A DNA stretch of 64,000 nucleotides. Source: a virus. The notes below the pieces were generated by a model. The model did no database searches, was not told the DNA's origin, and saw nothing but the letters and a program-made list of their open reading frames with translations. A program made the position numbers and the translations under genes. Location: positions 38,500-102,499 of the IMG/VR virus record IMGVR_UViG_3300035698_026680; one strand, given 5' to 3'. Below, piece after piece: positions 39,086 to 49,596 of the stretch. Position 1 is the first letter of the stretch, and each line of letters starts with the position of its first letter.

Positions 39086-41407
39086 ATGAAAGAATTTTTT
39101 AAGAAAATACGGATTGGCTGTTTGAATGACCACTTTGATATTTTAGGTGGCGGCACAGTCCATTCTTTTAAGTTTCTAGAATACCTAAGTAAGTTTTATG
39201 ATGTTGATGTTTATGTTCCAAAAAATCCAAAGACAGAAGAATGGATGAAAGTCTTTTTAAACTTGGAAACAAAAGGTCTTGCTTTTTATAAATACGCCAA
39301 GGGAATAGGTAAAAAATATAACTATATGTTTCTTAACATTTCTCATTGGCGAACAGAAGAAACTAACGCCTTTAAAAAGTATATGCTTGTTTTCTTTCCC
39401 CAGTTTTTCTTTCCGCTTTATGACTATAAATTTTTGGCTAATTCAGAATACACCAAAAAACACATAATCAAACTTTGGAAAAAGAAGGCAAAGGAAATTA
39501 ACGTAGTCTATCCGCCAATTATGACTTCGCAATTCAAGTCTGGACATAAACAAAACATTATTCTTCATGTAAGCAGAATCACTCCCCCAAGACCAGAAGC
39601 CGATAAGGGTCATGTGCAAATGATCGAAACCTTTAAAAAGATGTGCGACAAAGGACTTAAAGACTGGGAATTTCACCTAGTGGGACAGATAGAAGACCAA
39701 GACTATTATAATCATCTTCTTTCATTATTAGAAGATTATCCTATTCGTATTCAGGTAAGTCTTCCTTTCAAAAAACTTCAAGCTCTTTATAAGAAGGCTA
39801 AAATCTATTGGCACCTTACGGGAATTACTCTACCTAAACAAGCAGGAGCTCAAGAACATTTTGGAATGACAATCGTTGAAGCTATGTCTTCTGGTGCTGT
39901 TCCAGTCTCTTTAAACACGGGTGGACCAAGGGAAATTATTGATAGTGGCCTAAACGGACACCTGATTAAAGATGCAGAAGAACTAAAATTAATAACTGAT
40001 TTACTTATAGAAAAGCCAAAAATGTTAGCTCATTTTCGCAAAGAAGCAATTAAGAGAGCCGAAAGTTTTAACGAAGAAGTATCTAAAAAACAATTGTACT
40101 CATCAATAAGTCAAACGGATAAAGTTAGCATTGTTATTCTTTGCTGGAACAATTCTAAATATACAAAAACCTGTGTTGATTGGCTATACAAAGTAACTCC
40201 GCCAGGATTCGAATTGATTCTTGTTGATAACAATTCTACAGATGATACCCATGATGTTTTAAAAAAGCTTCAAACAAAATATGCAAAATTAGGACATAGG
40301 GTAGTTATTCATAAGAATCCAACTAATTTTGGATTTGCTAAGGGAAATAATGTCGGCTTACAATATGCCACTCGTCCCTATGTTTGTTATTTAAACAATG
40401 ACACTATACCACAATGGGGATGGCTAGAAAAAATGATTGATGTTTTGGAGACAGATAAAAAAACTGGCGTAGTTGGAGCTAGGCTATATTTCCCACAAAA
40501 AAAAGATGGCTCTTGGATGGTACAACACTCAGGCATTTCTCTTAAAACTGGAAGTCCTAAGCATATTGACGGAAGAAGAAAAGAAACGGATATCAGAAAA
40601 ATTGGAGTCGAAGAAATGGACGCAGTAACAGGAGCTTGTATGTTGGTCAGAAAAAAGTTAGCTAAATTCAATGAAAAATTTATAAGGGGATATTATGAAG
40701 ATGTCGATCTTTGTTTGAGAGCCAGGCAAAAAAAATACAAGATTTATATTAATCACGAAGCAAGATTAATTCATCACGAAGGTGTAAGTCAAAATATTGC
40801 CAAGAGAGCTAATTCAAAAAAGTTCAAAGAAATCAGTCAGCAAAATAAAAAATTATTTCATAGTCTTTGGGAGAAAAAAATGAAAAAACTACCGAAAATT
40901 TCTAAAAATATAAATACCAAAGGGATTAATCATCCCAAAAAGATTGAGATAGGTGGTGGCGAAAATCCACTTTATCCTAATTATAAACAAGTGGATTTAA
41001 GAAATCTGCCTAAGATAAAATATCAAAATGATGCCAGAGCTTTACCTTTTCCTGCTAATTCTTTATCAGACATTTGTGCCTGCTATATTCTACAATGCCT
41101 ATCTGATCGAGACGCTAAAATGGCACTTAAAGAATGGCATCGCTGTTTAAAACCAGGGGGGAAACTAGAAATTCATGTTCCTGACCTAAATGAAATAGCA
41201 AAAATGTTTATTAGCACAAGCGAAGAAGGATTTTTAAAAGAAATTTATGGAGAACAACAACATGAATTAGACTTTTATAAATCTGGTTGGAACCTACAAT
41301 CTTTAGAGCGCTTACTTTCAAAAGTTAATTTTGTAAGACTTAAAATGGTTAAAAAGCCAAAACACAAACCTTATTCTTTATCTTTAGAAGGGTATAAGCA
41401 AAAATGA
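39086..41407 (+). CDS. Three-domain GT4 + GT2 + SAM-methyltransferase-like fusion
   Basis: EHFGMTIVEAM (GT4); DNNSTD, LNND, TGAC, EDVD (GT2); EIGGG ... LKPGG (MTase). Confidence 0.9.
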   Translation: MKEFFKKIRIGCLNDHFDILGGGTVHSFKFLEYLSKFYDVDVYVPKNPKTEEWMKVFLNLETKGLAFYKYAKGIGKKYNYMFLNISHWRTEETNAFKKYMLVFFPQFFFPLYDYKFLANSEYTKKHIIKLWKKKAKEINVVYPPIMTSQFKSGHKQNIILHVSRITPPRPEADKGHVQMIETFKKMCDKGLKDWEFHLVGQIEDQDYYNHLLSLLEDYPIRIQVSLPFKKLQALYKKAKIYWHLTGITLPKQAGAQEHFGMTIVEAMSSGAVPVSLNTGGPREIIDSGLNGHLIKDAEELKLITDLLIEKPKMLAHFRKEAIKRAESFNEEVSKKQLYSSISQTDKVSIVILCWNNSKYTKTCVDWLYKVTPPGFELILVDNNSTDDTHDVLKKLQTKYAKLGHRVVIHKNPTNFGFAKGNNVGLQYATRPYVCYLNNDTIPQWGWLEKMIDVLETDKKTGVVGARLYFPQKKDGSWMVQHSGISLKTGSPKHIDGRRKETDIRKIGVEEMDAVTGACMLVRKKLAKFNEKFIRGYYEDVDLCLRARQKKYKIYINHEARLIHHEGVSQNIAKRANSKKFKEISQQNKKLFHSLWEKKMKKLPKISKNINTKGINHPKKIEIGGGENPLYPNYKQVDLRNLPKIKYQNDARALPFPANSLSDICACYILQCLSDRDAKMALKEWHRCLKPGGKLEIHVPDLNEIAKMFISTSEEGFLKEIYGEQQHELDFYKSGWNLQSLERLLSKVNFVRLKMVKKPKHKPYSLSLEGYKQK

Positions 41408-42231
41408 GAATCGGTGTAGGAATCATATCTTGGGATAGACCGCAATATCTTGCACAGTTAATAGAGTCTTTGGAAAAAAACATTCTAACTGAAACAAATT
41501 TCCACTTGTTTCAAGATGGAGCGGTTTGTAAATTCACTAATGAAGAACTTGCAGATACAAATAAAATTGTTGAAAGCATAGGTGTTTTTTACAAATCAAA
41601 GCTTCCTAATAAGCATTATCATGTTCGAGACAAGAATGTATCTGTGGCTATTAATCAATTTGAAGCAATGCAGTATCTTCGGAAGAATTACGAACAGTTT
41701 ATTTTCTTAGAAAATGACGTGATTGTCAGTTCCAATTTTATGATTTTAACGAGAAGACTTTTGGAGCAATTCAAAAAGGACGAAAGAGTTGCTTGTATCT
41801 CCCCAGGATTAAGACTTCTTTGCAAAGAAAATGATATTGGAAAAAATCTTAATAAGTTGAAATATTCTAAAGGACATTTTTGGGCTGAAGCGTGCTGGTC
41901 TAGTAAATGGGAAAGAGTAGAAAAAGAATATATGACTTACTATAATATTGTGAAAAATACTCCTTATAGAAAAAGAGATGAAGTAGCAATAAGAGCCCTA
42001 TTCGCAAGAAATGGACATAAAGCACCTACTACTTCGCAGGATCAGGGAAAAGACTGGGCAATTCAAAAAGCAGGAATGAAAAGGGCAAGATTAATAGTCA
42101 ATAGAGCAACGGGAATAGGCGATCATGGAATACATAGTACTCCTGCAAAATTAAAGAAAAGCCTAGATGGACACAACCCGATTTATGTCTACAAGGAAGA
42201 ATTAGATATTAAAGAATTTAAACTTGGATGA
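41404..42231 (+). CDS. GT-A-fold glycosyltransferase
   Basis: DRPQYL ... FQDG ... FLEND; paralog of 50243-51106. Confidence 0.75.
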   Translation: MRIGVGIISWDRPQYLAQLIESLEKNILTETNFHLFQDGAVCKFTNEELADTNKIVESIGVFYKSKLPNKHYHVRDKNVSVAINQFEAMQYLRKNYEQFIFLENDVIVSSNFMILTRRLLEQFKKDERVACISPGLRLLCKENDIGKNLNKLKYSKGHFWAEACWSSKWERVEKEYMTYYNIVKNTPYRKRDEVAIRALFARNGHKAPTTSQDQGKDWAIQKAGMKRARLIVNRATGIGDHGIHSTPAKLKKSLDGHNPIYVYKEELDIKEFKLG

Positions 42232-42394
42232 AAACTTATAAGCTAGTTAAGAAGAACGGCCAAACAGGAATAAAATGCTTAATGTGTCGCAGAATAAGCT
42301 GGAATGAGAATGATGTCAAATACAAATATTGCGGTTATTGTCATAAGTTTCACGATCAAATGGCAGCGAAAATGGAAGAAAGTTTAAAGAAAAA

Positions 42395-43279
42395 ATGAAA
42401 CCAACAATATCAGTTTTTGTCATCACTCATTGGAGAGACAAATTTCATCTAAAAAACTGTTTAAGATCAATGGTTGATTTAAAACCTGATGAAGTTTGCA
42501 TTTTCGAAAATACCAAAAGCACAAAATTATCAAAAAGGTATCAGAAGTGGATTCGAGAATATGCTTCAAATCTGGGATTACCAATTAAAATTACCCATAG
42601 TCCTTGGACTGGAAGCTACAAAGACGCGTGCAACGCTGGTTTAAAGATGTGTACGAAAGAATGGGCAGTAAGAGTCGATTCAGACGAAATGCTGACTAAG
42701 GAGCTTTGTAGGGATCTTAGAGACAAAATTAAAAGCCTTCCACCTGAAACTCTTGTTTTAAGACCTAAGAGAATAAGTTTAATAGATGACAATCATTGTT
42801 TAGATAACTTATGGAAAGGTCCAAATCAAAGATTGCCAACAGGTTCTCATGGAAGAATATTCAAATTAGGTTATGGAAAATACACAGGAAGCAATATTCA
42901 CGAAACCTACGCCTATCCTGGAAGAACTGAGATTCCTTGGAATGATCCCAAACATCCAAAAAAAGATTGGCATGGTTACTATATTCTTCACCTTTGGCTT
43001 TATAAAGATAATTTTATGAGACGCTCTTGGGCGGCTGGTGATTTCCCTTATAGGCAATTAATGCAAGATGTTTTAGAAATTGGTTTACCCAAAGATGATC
43101 TCTGGAGAATAGCAAGATATTTGTTTTTGAAGAAAAGAAGATATAAAATAAGAAAGATGCCCAGAAACGGAATTTCATGGACTCCGATAAGATGGACAGT
43201 GGGGAAAGATTGGACAACAGCACATAAGAAATACTGGGAAAATCAGGTAAGCGAAAATATTAATAGAGAAGTAATATGA
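42395..43279 (+). CDS. GT2-like glycosyltransferase
   Basis: NAGLKMCTKEW ... VDSDE ... IHE. Confidence 0.8.
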   Translation: MKPTISVFVITHWRDKFHLKNCLRSMVDLKPDEVCIFENTKSTKLSKRYQKWIREYASNLGLPIKITHSPWTGSYKDACNAGLKMCTKEWAVRVDSDEMLTKELCRDLRDKIKSLPPETLVLRPKRISLIDDNHCLDNLWKGPNQRLPTGSHGRIFKLGYGKYTGSNIHETYAYPGRTEIPWNDPKHPKKDWHGYYILHLWLYKDNFMRRSWAAGDFPYRQLMQDVLEIGLPKDDLWRIARYLFLKKRRYKIRKMPRNGISWTPIRWTVGKDWTTAHKKYWENQVSENINREVI

Positions 43280-43899
43280 ATAAAAACTATTATCAGCTTA
43301 ATGACGAAAGAGAAGACTGGGCTAAGAAAACTGCAAAAGCCGATGACTCACTAGTTGGAGAAGATATCAAAGAAGAATTGTTTAAAAAATTAAGCAGATT
43401 GAATATTGAACTCAAAGGCAAAAGAATAGTTCAGCTTGGATGTTTAAAGGGATACTTAATGAAAAGTCTTTTGGAAAAAGGGGCCTATGTCCATGCGGTA
43501 GACTTTTCTCAAACAATGCTAGAAGTCACTCGCTCAAATTTACCCAAATTTCCAAATGAAGCCGAACGCTATCAATTATCTCCAATCATCCGCGACTTTT
43601 CGATTCTTACTGACTTTTCATTTGATCTGGTCATTGCAGTAACAATGTTGGGATATGTGCCAGAGAATATGACTAAAAGAATAATCGAAGACGCAAAAAG
43701 GGTGTTAAAAGAAAAAGGCGGTCTTCTTGTTTTTAGATTACCACTAGATAATAAACACACAACGGTAAAGGGCGGAATGCACCCGCACTTGGATATTAAT
43801 TTTTGGACACGAAAAGAGTTAGCAAAAATAGCACAAGAATATAAATACCACGCTGTTGACATTGATAGGGTTTCTATTTTTTACAAATCCAAACCATGA
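43276..43899 (+). CDS. Class I SAM-dependent methyltransferase
   Basis: QLGCLKG, VDFS, FDLV, RVLK. Confidence 0.8.
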   Translation: MNKNYYQLNDEREDWAKKTAKADDSLVGEDIKEELFKKLSRLNIELKGKRIVQLGCLKGYLMKSLLEKGAYVHAVDFSQTMLEVTRSNLPKFPNEAERYQLSPIIRDFSILTDFSFDLVIAVTMLGYVPENMTKRIIEDAKRVLKEKGGLLVFRLPLDNKHTTVKGGMHPHLDINFWTRKELAKIAQEYKYHAVDIDRVSIFYKSKP

Positions 43900-44924
43900 A
43901 GATAAGTCTTTATGATAGTTTTTCGAAATTATCCTATAATCCAAATACTGAAAGAAATGCTGGTGTTGGCGGAACACAAACAATCATTGTCAATGTCGCA
44001 AGAGAATTAGCCAAATTAGGACACGAAGTTACGGTTTTTAATAGATGCAATTTTCCCGATATCTACGATGGGGTTAAGTATTATCAATACTATGATTACA
44101 AATTGCTAGACGAAGATCTTTTAATCGGATTTGAAGGTTTGCCTAAAAATTATAATGTCGAACTTCATGGTAATCGCAAGGCATTTAATTGGTCAACAAG
44201 GGTAAATCCTTCCGAAGTAATAAAATATCAAGATGTCGATAAGTTAATCGTTTTAAGCGATTGGCATAGAGATAGATACGCTTCTGAACTCCCGTCAAAT
44301 TTAGTCAAAAAAATGGTTGTTATTGAACCGGGAGTTAGTAAAGAGTTTTTCAAAAATACCCTAAAAAGAAATCATAGTATTGCCTATGTAGGACATCCCC
44401 ATAAGGCAGGAATGGGTGCTTTAATTGAAACAGCAAAAAGACTGAAACCAAAAGTTCCAGAAGCAGAAATTCATGTTCACGGCAGTGGACATTTATGGGG
44501 TTGGGACGATAAGCAATACCGCAAACTTTATGATGATTTAATTCGCAATAAAATTTTATATCATGGGGGACGAAGTAGTGGCAAAAAAAGAATGGTCAAA
44601 ATACTAGGATCTTCTCAAATCTTTTTATATCCAGTTGGAAGTCACATTCAGGAAACATTTTGCCTATCCATTCTTGAAGCAATGGCATCGGGTTGTGCTA
44701 TTATCGCAAGCGACAATGGAAATATTAAACACCTAGTGGGAGAAACGGGATATCTTATCTCTGGTAATATTGCCGATTATAAGTGGCATTTGGAATCGGT
44801 AGGTATAATTACAAAGCTTTTTCAAAATCCTTCTAAAATGGAACAGTTAGGAAAACTTGCGAGAGAAAGAGCTAGTGTGTATACTTGGGAAAAGACAGCG
44901 AAGAAAATAGAAAACCTATTATAA
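43896..44924 (+). CDS. Glycosyltransferase, GT4 family
   Basis: VGGTQ ... LAKLGHEV ... ETFCLSILEAMASG. Confidence 0.92.
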   Translation: MKISLYDSFSKLSYNPNTERNAGVGGTQTIIVNVARELAKLGHEVTVFNRCNFPDIYDGVKYYQYYDYKLLDEDLLIGFEGLPKNYNVELHGNRKAFNWSTRVNPSEVIKYQDVDKLIVLSDWHRDRYASELPSNLVKKMVVIEPGVSKEFFKNTLKRNHSIAYVGHPHKAGMGALIETAKRLKPKVPEAEIHVHGSGHLWGWDDKQYRKLYDDLIRNKILYHGGRSSGKKRMVKILGSSQIFLYPVGSHIQETFCLSILEAMASGCAIIASDNGNIKHLVGETGYLISGNIADYKWHLESVGIITKLFQNPSKMEQLGKLARERASVYTWEKTAKKIENLL

Positions 44925-44928
44925 AAGA

Positions 44929-45693
44929 ATGAAAATCACCACAATCCTTTTGCACTATTATTCCCAACGAACTCAAAACATAGCAAGAATTATAAAAGAT
45001 TTGAAAGCTAGTTCTCGTCCCCCAGATAAACTAATAATTTTCAATAATAATCCAGAAGTAACCTATCCCACTGGCAAAGGGTTTACTGTAATAAATAGTG
45101 ACAAGAATTATGGGGGCAGGGGTAGATATCCAATCGCCCTTCTTGAGCCAAGCGACTATTATCTTTTTTTAGATGATGATGTTTCAGTTTGTAAAAACAC
45201 AATAAAAAACTTCTCGAAATATGCCTACGATGGTTGTTGTAATGGATATTGGGGAAAAATAGTCAATCCAAAAGCTAGACAGTGTTATGTAACAGGCAGA
45301 GAGATTTATGGCAAAAGTATAAGTGAACCCAAAGAAGTTGACTTATTAGTTGGGGAAGCACTGCTTTTTGTATCATTTTCAGCTTTTAAAAATATATTTA
45401 AAACAGAAGAAATGTTGTTGAAGGAAAATTATATTTTTGGAAGGGAAGAAGATTTAATTACAAGTATGAGTAATCGTCCATTTGTTATCCCTGCAAAAGC
45501 AGATGAATATTATACCCGATTAGATACAAAGGGAGTAGGATACTGTAAGACTCCTGGTCATTTTCCACTCAGAAATCTTATGGCTAAAAAATTATCTCCG
45601 ATAAGAAGACAAGCAGATTCTATTCCTATTCCTGATAAACTTAAAATAAAGACAGAAAATAAGACAAAAGAAAATAGTTATAAGCCCATATAG
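44929..45693 (+). CDS. GT-A-fold glycosyltransferase
   Basis: IIFNNN ... FLDDD ... EEDL. Confidence 0.7.
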   Translation: MKITTILLHYYSQRTQNIARIIKDLKASSRPPDKLIIFNNNPEVTYPTGKGFTVINSDKNYGGRGRYPIALLEPSDYYLFLDDDVSVCKNTIKNFSKYAYDGCCNGYWGKIVNPKARQCYVTGREIYGKSISEPKEVDLLVGEALLFVSFSAFKNIFKTEEMLLKENYIFGREEDLITSMSNRPFVIPAKADEYYTRLDTKGVGYCKTPGHFPLRNLMAKKLSPIRRQADSIPIPDKLKIKTENKTKENSYKPI

Positions 45694-45810
45694 TTAAGTT
45701 TGCAATTAAAAGAATAAAAGGGTAAACTCAATAAAGAATAAACGATAATTTAGAAAACCTGTTATAAAAGTTAAAAGAAAAGGACCTATTGTTATAAAAA
45801 TAGGAAAAAT

Positions 45811-46257
45811 ATGGTCATAGGATACGCCTATGTAGTTGCCGATCTACTTCACATCGGCCAGCTCAAACATCTCCAAGCCTGTAAAGCTCTTTGTGATAGA
45901 CTTATTGTTGGTGTTCTTACTGACGGGGCTACTATGGAAAGAAAGCCCAAGCCGATAATGTCTTTCGGAGAACGCTTAGAGTTGGTTAAAAACATCAAAG
46001 CTGTTGATGTCGCAGTAAAACAAGAAACTTATTCTCCGATTCCTAATGTTCAACAACTTCATGTTGATATCCTTTTTGAAAGTACCAGTCATGCTCCCAG
46101 CGCTCTTAATGAAGCAAAATCCCTAATGAATATGACGAAGAGTCGATTGATAGTAATGCCCTATTATGCAGGGCAAAGTTCTACAAGTATTAAGAATAAA
46201 ATTCTTAAAAAATGGAAGCATAAGAAAGAAGAACATCCTAAAGTTATAAAGGAATAA
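45811..46257 (+). CDS. Cytidylyltransferase-like (HxGH nucleotidyltransferase)
   Basis: DLLHIGQ, LIVGVLTD, ER, SSTSIK. Confidence 0.85.
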   Translation: MVIGYAYVVADLLHIGQLKHLQACKALCDRLIVGVLTDGATMERKPKPIMSFGERLELVKNIKAVDVAVKQETYSPIPNVQQLHVDILFESTSHAPSALNEAKSLMNMTKSRLIVMPYYAGQSSTSIKNKILKKWKHKKEEHPKVIKE

Positions 46258-46260
46258 AAC

Positions 46261-46641
46261 ATGACTAGTCATAAATTGTCACTATTAAAATCATTTATTT
46301 GGAGAGTAATGGGGGTATTTATTTACGCCATTATATTTTTTATATTCACTGGAAAATTTCAACTTACAATAAAAAGCACACTAACACATCACGCAACATT
46401 TCTATTAGTGTTTTATTTACACGAAAGACTTTGGATTTGGCTTAAAAAACCAAATAGCAAAATAAAGGCCTGGACCTACGAAGTCATTCTTGGAATGGGA
46501 CTAGGTGGATTAATAGTCTACTATTTTACAGGTACATGGAAAACGGTTACATTAATAACTGGTACTTATACGGTTGTTAAAATTATTATATATTACATTA
46601 ATGAAAAAATTTGGCATAAAATAGAAAGGAAAAATGGCTAG
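46261..46641 (+). CDS. DUF2061-like membrane protein
   Basis: SLLKSFIWR ... YLHERLW ... YYINEKIW (tandem repeat). Confidence 0.65.
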   Translation: MTSHKLSLLKSFIWRVMGVFIYAIIFFIFTGKFQLTIKSTLTHHATFLLVFYLHERLWIWLKKPNSKIKAWTYEVILGMGLGGLIVYYFTGTWKTVTLITGTYTVVKIIIYYINEKIWHKIERKNG

Positions 46642-47137
46642 AATACCCCCAGCAGACAAAGTAAAAGAAGCAGACCTATTTTTAGAATTGTGGGATGATA
46701 TTTGTACTAAGTTAGAAATTCCACATCTATTAATTTATGGTACGGCTTTAGGTTTTTATCGAGAAAATGGATATATTAAAGGCGATAGCGACCTTGATGT
46801 TAGGTGTATATGTAAAAGGGATGTGTGGGATAAAATGGTGGCAGAGTTAAAGAAAAATGGTGTTTCCCAAAGTCTTCCGCACGGAGTCGGCTTCTATAAA
46901 TATAGTATTCTTATGTGTATCGAAAGGTGTGAAAAGGTTGGCGTAGTAACTTACGATGATGGTTGGGAGATTACATGTTTGCCTTATTACGATTTCGAGA
47001 CTGTTGAGCATAATGGTAGAAAATATAATGTTCCACGCCCAATTGAAAAATATCTTGAGCAAAGATATGGAGCAGATTGGAAGACACCTAAGCCGGGAGC
47101 AAAAGCCCAGCCTGGTGTTGGTATTCGCATAAAATAG
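46634..47137 (+). CDS. LicD-family nucleotidyl/phosphotransferase
   Basis: GTALGFYRE ... DSDLD ... YLEQRYGADW. Confidence 0.85.
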   Translation: MARIPPADKVKEADLFLELWDDICTKLEIPHLLIYGTALGFYRENGYIKGDSDLDVRCICKRDVWDKMVAELKKNGVSQSLPHGVGFYKYSILMCIERCEKVGVVTYDDGWEITCLPYYDFETVEHNGRKYNVPRPIEKYLEQRYGADWKTPKPGAKAQPGVGIRIK

Positions 47138-47151
47138 AAAGGAAAAATAAA

Positions 47152-48126
47152 GTGAAACGCATACTTGTTACGGGAGCGGGTGGATTTATAGGCCACCATC
47201 TATGTAGGTTTCTAAAGAAAAAAAAGTACTGGGTTCGGGGAGTTGATTTGGAAAAACCTAAGTTCAGTGGGACGGAAGACTTCAATGAATTTTATATCAG
47301 AGACTTAAAAGACCCACAAAGTTGTCTTGAAATGACAATGGGCATTGATTGGGCATACAATTTGGCTGCACTTAATGGAAGCATTGAATTTACAACCGGC
47401 AATAGAGCCGAACTTATGCACAACAATGCTTTGATTAACTTAAACATGGCAGAAGCCTGTTGGAAGAATGGTGTGAAAAGAGCCTTCTATGCCAGTAGTG
47501 CTTGTGTCTACCCAATGCACCACCAGGAAACTGACGAGATTCACGCCTTAAATGAAGATGATGTCGCCCCGGCAGACCCAGACACAGAATATGGCTGGGA
47601 AAAGCTATTCTCTGAGCACATCTGGATGTCTTACGAAAAAGACAGGAGTCTTGAAGTCAGAGTGGCAAGATTCATAAATATTTACGGGCCAGAATGTTTA
47701 ATAGACACTCTCAAGAGCAAGGCTCCAATGGCTCTTACAAGAAAGGTCATAGAAGCGGGAGAAAACGGAGATGTTCATATTTGGGGAGATGGCGGACAAA
47801 AGAGAACTTTTTGTTATGTCGATGACTGTGTAAAAGGGATCCAAGCATTAATGGAGTCTAATGTGAATTTCCCAATAAATCTCGGAAGTGATAATCTTCT
47901 GTCTATCAATAAATTAGTGGATATTATCGCAGAGATTGAAGGAGTAAAAATAAATAAAATTCACCAATTAAACAAAACGCAAGGGGTGAGAACAAGACAG
48001 GCTGATTTAGGAAGAATCAAAACGCTTCTTGGTTGGAGTAATAAAATGGACATTAAAAAAGGCTTGACTATTATCAATAAATTCACTCATAAACAGTTAA
48101 AGAAAGGTCTAGTAAGCAATGGATAA
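47152..48126 (+). CDS. NAD-dependent epimerase (GDP-mannose 3,5-epimerase-like)
   Basis: TGAGGFIG, SSACVYP, YGWEK, KAP, WGDG. Confidence 0.9.
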   Translation: MKRILVTGAGGFIGHHLCRFLKKKKYWVRGVDLEKPKFSGTEDFNEFYIRDLKDPQSCLEMTMGIDWAYNLAALNGSIEFTTGNRAELMHNNALINLNMAEACWKNGVKRAFYASSACVYPMHHQETDEIHALNEDDVAPADPDTEYGWEKLFSEHIWMSYEKDRSLEVRVARFINIYGPECLIDTLKSKAPMALTRKVIEAGENGDVHIWGDGGQKRTFCYVDDCVKGIQALMESNVNFPINLGSDNLLSINKLVDIIAEIEGVKINKIHQLNKTQGVRTRQADLGRIKTLLGWSNKMDIKKGLTIINKFTHKQLKKGLVSNG

Positions 48127-48973
48127 TAAAGTCCAATTAATGATTTTTTCCTATAATCGGGCTATGCAATTAGACCTATTATTAAGAAGTATTAAAAAGA
48201 ATATTACTGGCTTTGACAAAATCATTGTTACTTTTAACTATTCTAATGATAAATTTCTTGAAGGATATAAAAAGTTGATGAAAAAAGGACTGGTAGATGA
48301 ATGGCATTGCGATAAAGATTTTTCACATACTTCTGGTTTCAAAGATTATCTTATTGGCTTGATGGGCACTAAATATCAATATACTTGTATATTCTCTGAT
48401 GATGATATTGTTTTTAGAAAAGTTTCTATGGATGAAGTTGTTAGTTTTGTAGCAAATGATGTTATCTCTTTTCCTTTAAGATCAGGCCTTAATGCTAATT
48501 ACAGTTTTTATGGGGGGAAAACCATAATCGAAAATCCATGGGGAAAGTATAAAGATTTGGGAAAATTTGTTAAATGGAATTGGACAAAATATAATCCTAA
48601 GCGCTGCAATGGTTATCCAATAGCATTCGGAGATGGTGGCATTTTCAATACTCAGATAATAAGAAAATTATTAAGAAGGGTTGAAGGGCAATCGCCTAAT
48701 GAATTAGAAAGATGTTTAAATAAAAATGAAAACAGAGATGCTATAACTCAAAAGAATTTAGTTGCATATAAACATAGCGTACTCGTAAGCACTCCTGTTA
48801 ATAATGTAAATACCTTTTCTCCTTTATTCAGTGGTGAAAAATTTAGTTACCCTGTTGAAAAATTGAATGATAAATATTTAGAAGGATATGTTGTCGATCT
48901 GGAAGCAATAGATTTCAGTAATATTAAAGGAACTCATCAAGAATTAGAATTGCCGTTAAAAAAGGAGTTTTAA
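48119..48973 (+). CDS. GT-A-fold glycosyltransferase-like protein
   Basis: FSYNRAMQLDLLLRS ... SDDDI ... SPNELE. Confidence 0.65.
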   Translation: MDNKVQLMIFSYNRAMQLDLLLRSIKKNITGFDKIIVTFNYSNDKFLEGYKKLMKKGLVDEWHCDKDFSHTSGFKDYLIGLMGTKYQYTCIFSDDDIVFRKVSMDEVVSFVANDVISFPLRSGLNANYSFYGGKTIIENPWGKYKDLGKFVKWNWTKYNPKRCNGYPIAFGDGGIFNTQIIRKLLRRVEGQSPNELERCLNKNENRDAITQKNLVAYKHSVLVSTPVNNVNTFSPLFSGEKFSYPVEKLNDKYLEGYVVDLEAIDFSNIKGTHQELELPLKKEF

Positions 48974-48974
48974 C

Positions 48975-49532
48975 ATGGCTTGTCCACCAATAAGGGCGTT
49001 TGATTTTTTACTTAAAGATAAAAAGAATTTAGTCGGTGTAGAAATAGGGGTATTGGCAGGAAGTCACGCTCTTAAAATGTTAGAGTGTCTTGATTTCAGA
49101 ACTCTTTATTTAGTTGATCCTTATTTCAAATATAAGGCAGGTGGATTAGAGTGGGATAATGCGCGACATGAAGAAGTTGCAAAAGAAAAGTTACGAAAAT
49201 ATAAAGATAAAATAATCTGGATCAAGACTACATCAGTTAAAGCAGTTCTTCATTTTCAAGATGAAAGTTTGGATTTTGCTTATGTAGATGCGAACCATGA
49301 TGAAAAATTTACATACGAAGACACTGAAATATGGACACCTAAAGTTAAGCTGGGTGGAATTGTAGGCGGACACGATCATGTGAAGGCTCATCCTGGAGTA
49401 GAAAAAGCAGTAAAAAAATATTGTAGTAAAAATAAAATTGACTATCAAACTAAATATTTTAAAAATAAGAAGGTTAATGTTGATTGGGCATTTAGAAAGG
49501 GTGGTAAGTTAGGAGCCTGGGGATATTCCTAA
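48975..49532 (+). CDS. SAM-dependent methyltransferase (Methyltransf_24-like)
   Basis: VEIGV, VDP, LDFAYVDANH, GGIVGGHD. Confidence 0.88.
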   Translation: MACPPIRAFDFLLKDKKNLVGVEIGVLAGSHALKMLECLDFRTLYLVDPYFKYKAGGLEWDNARHEEVAKEKLRKYKDKIIWIKTTSVKAVLHFQDESLDFAYVDANHDEKFTYEDTEIWTPKVKLGGIVGGHDHVKAHPGVEKAVKKYCSKNKIDYQTKYFKNKKVNVDWAFRKGGKLGAWGYS

Positions 49533-49596
49533 GGGCAATATGCATAAAGATAATGCGCCTAAAAATCATGCGTTTAAATCATTATAGGAAATCAAT

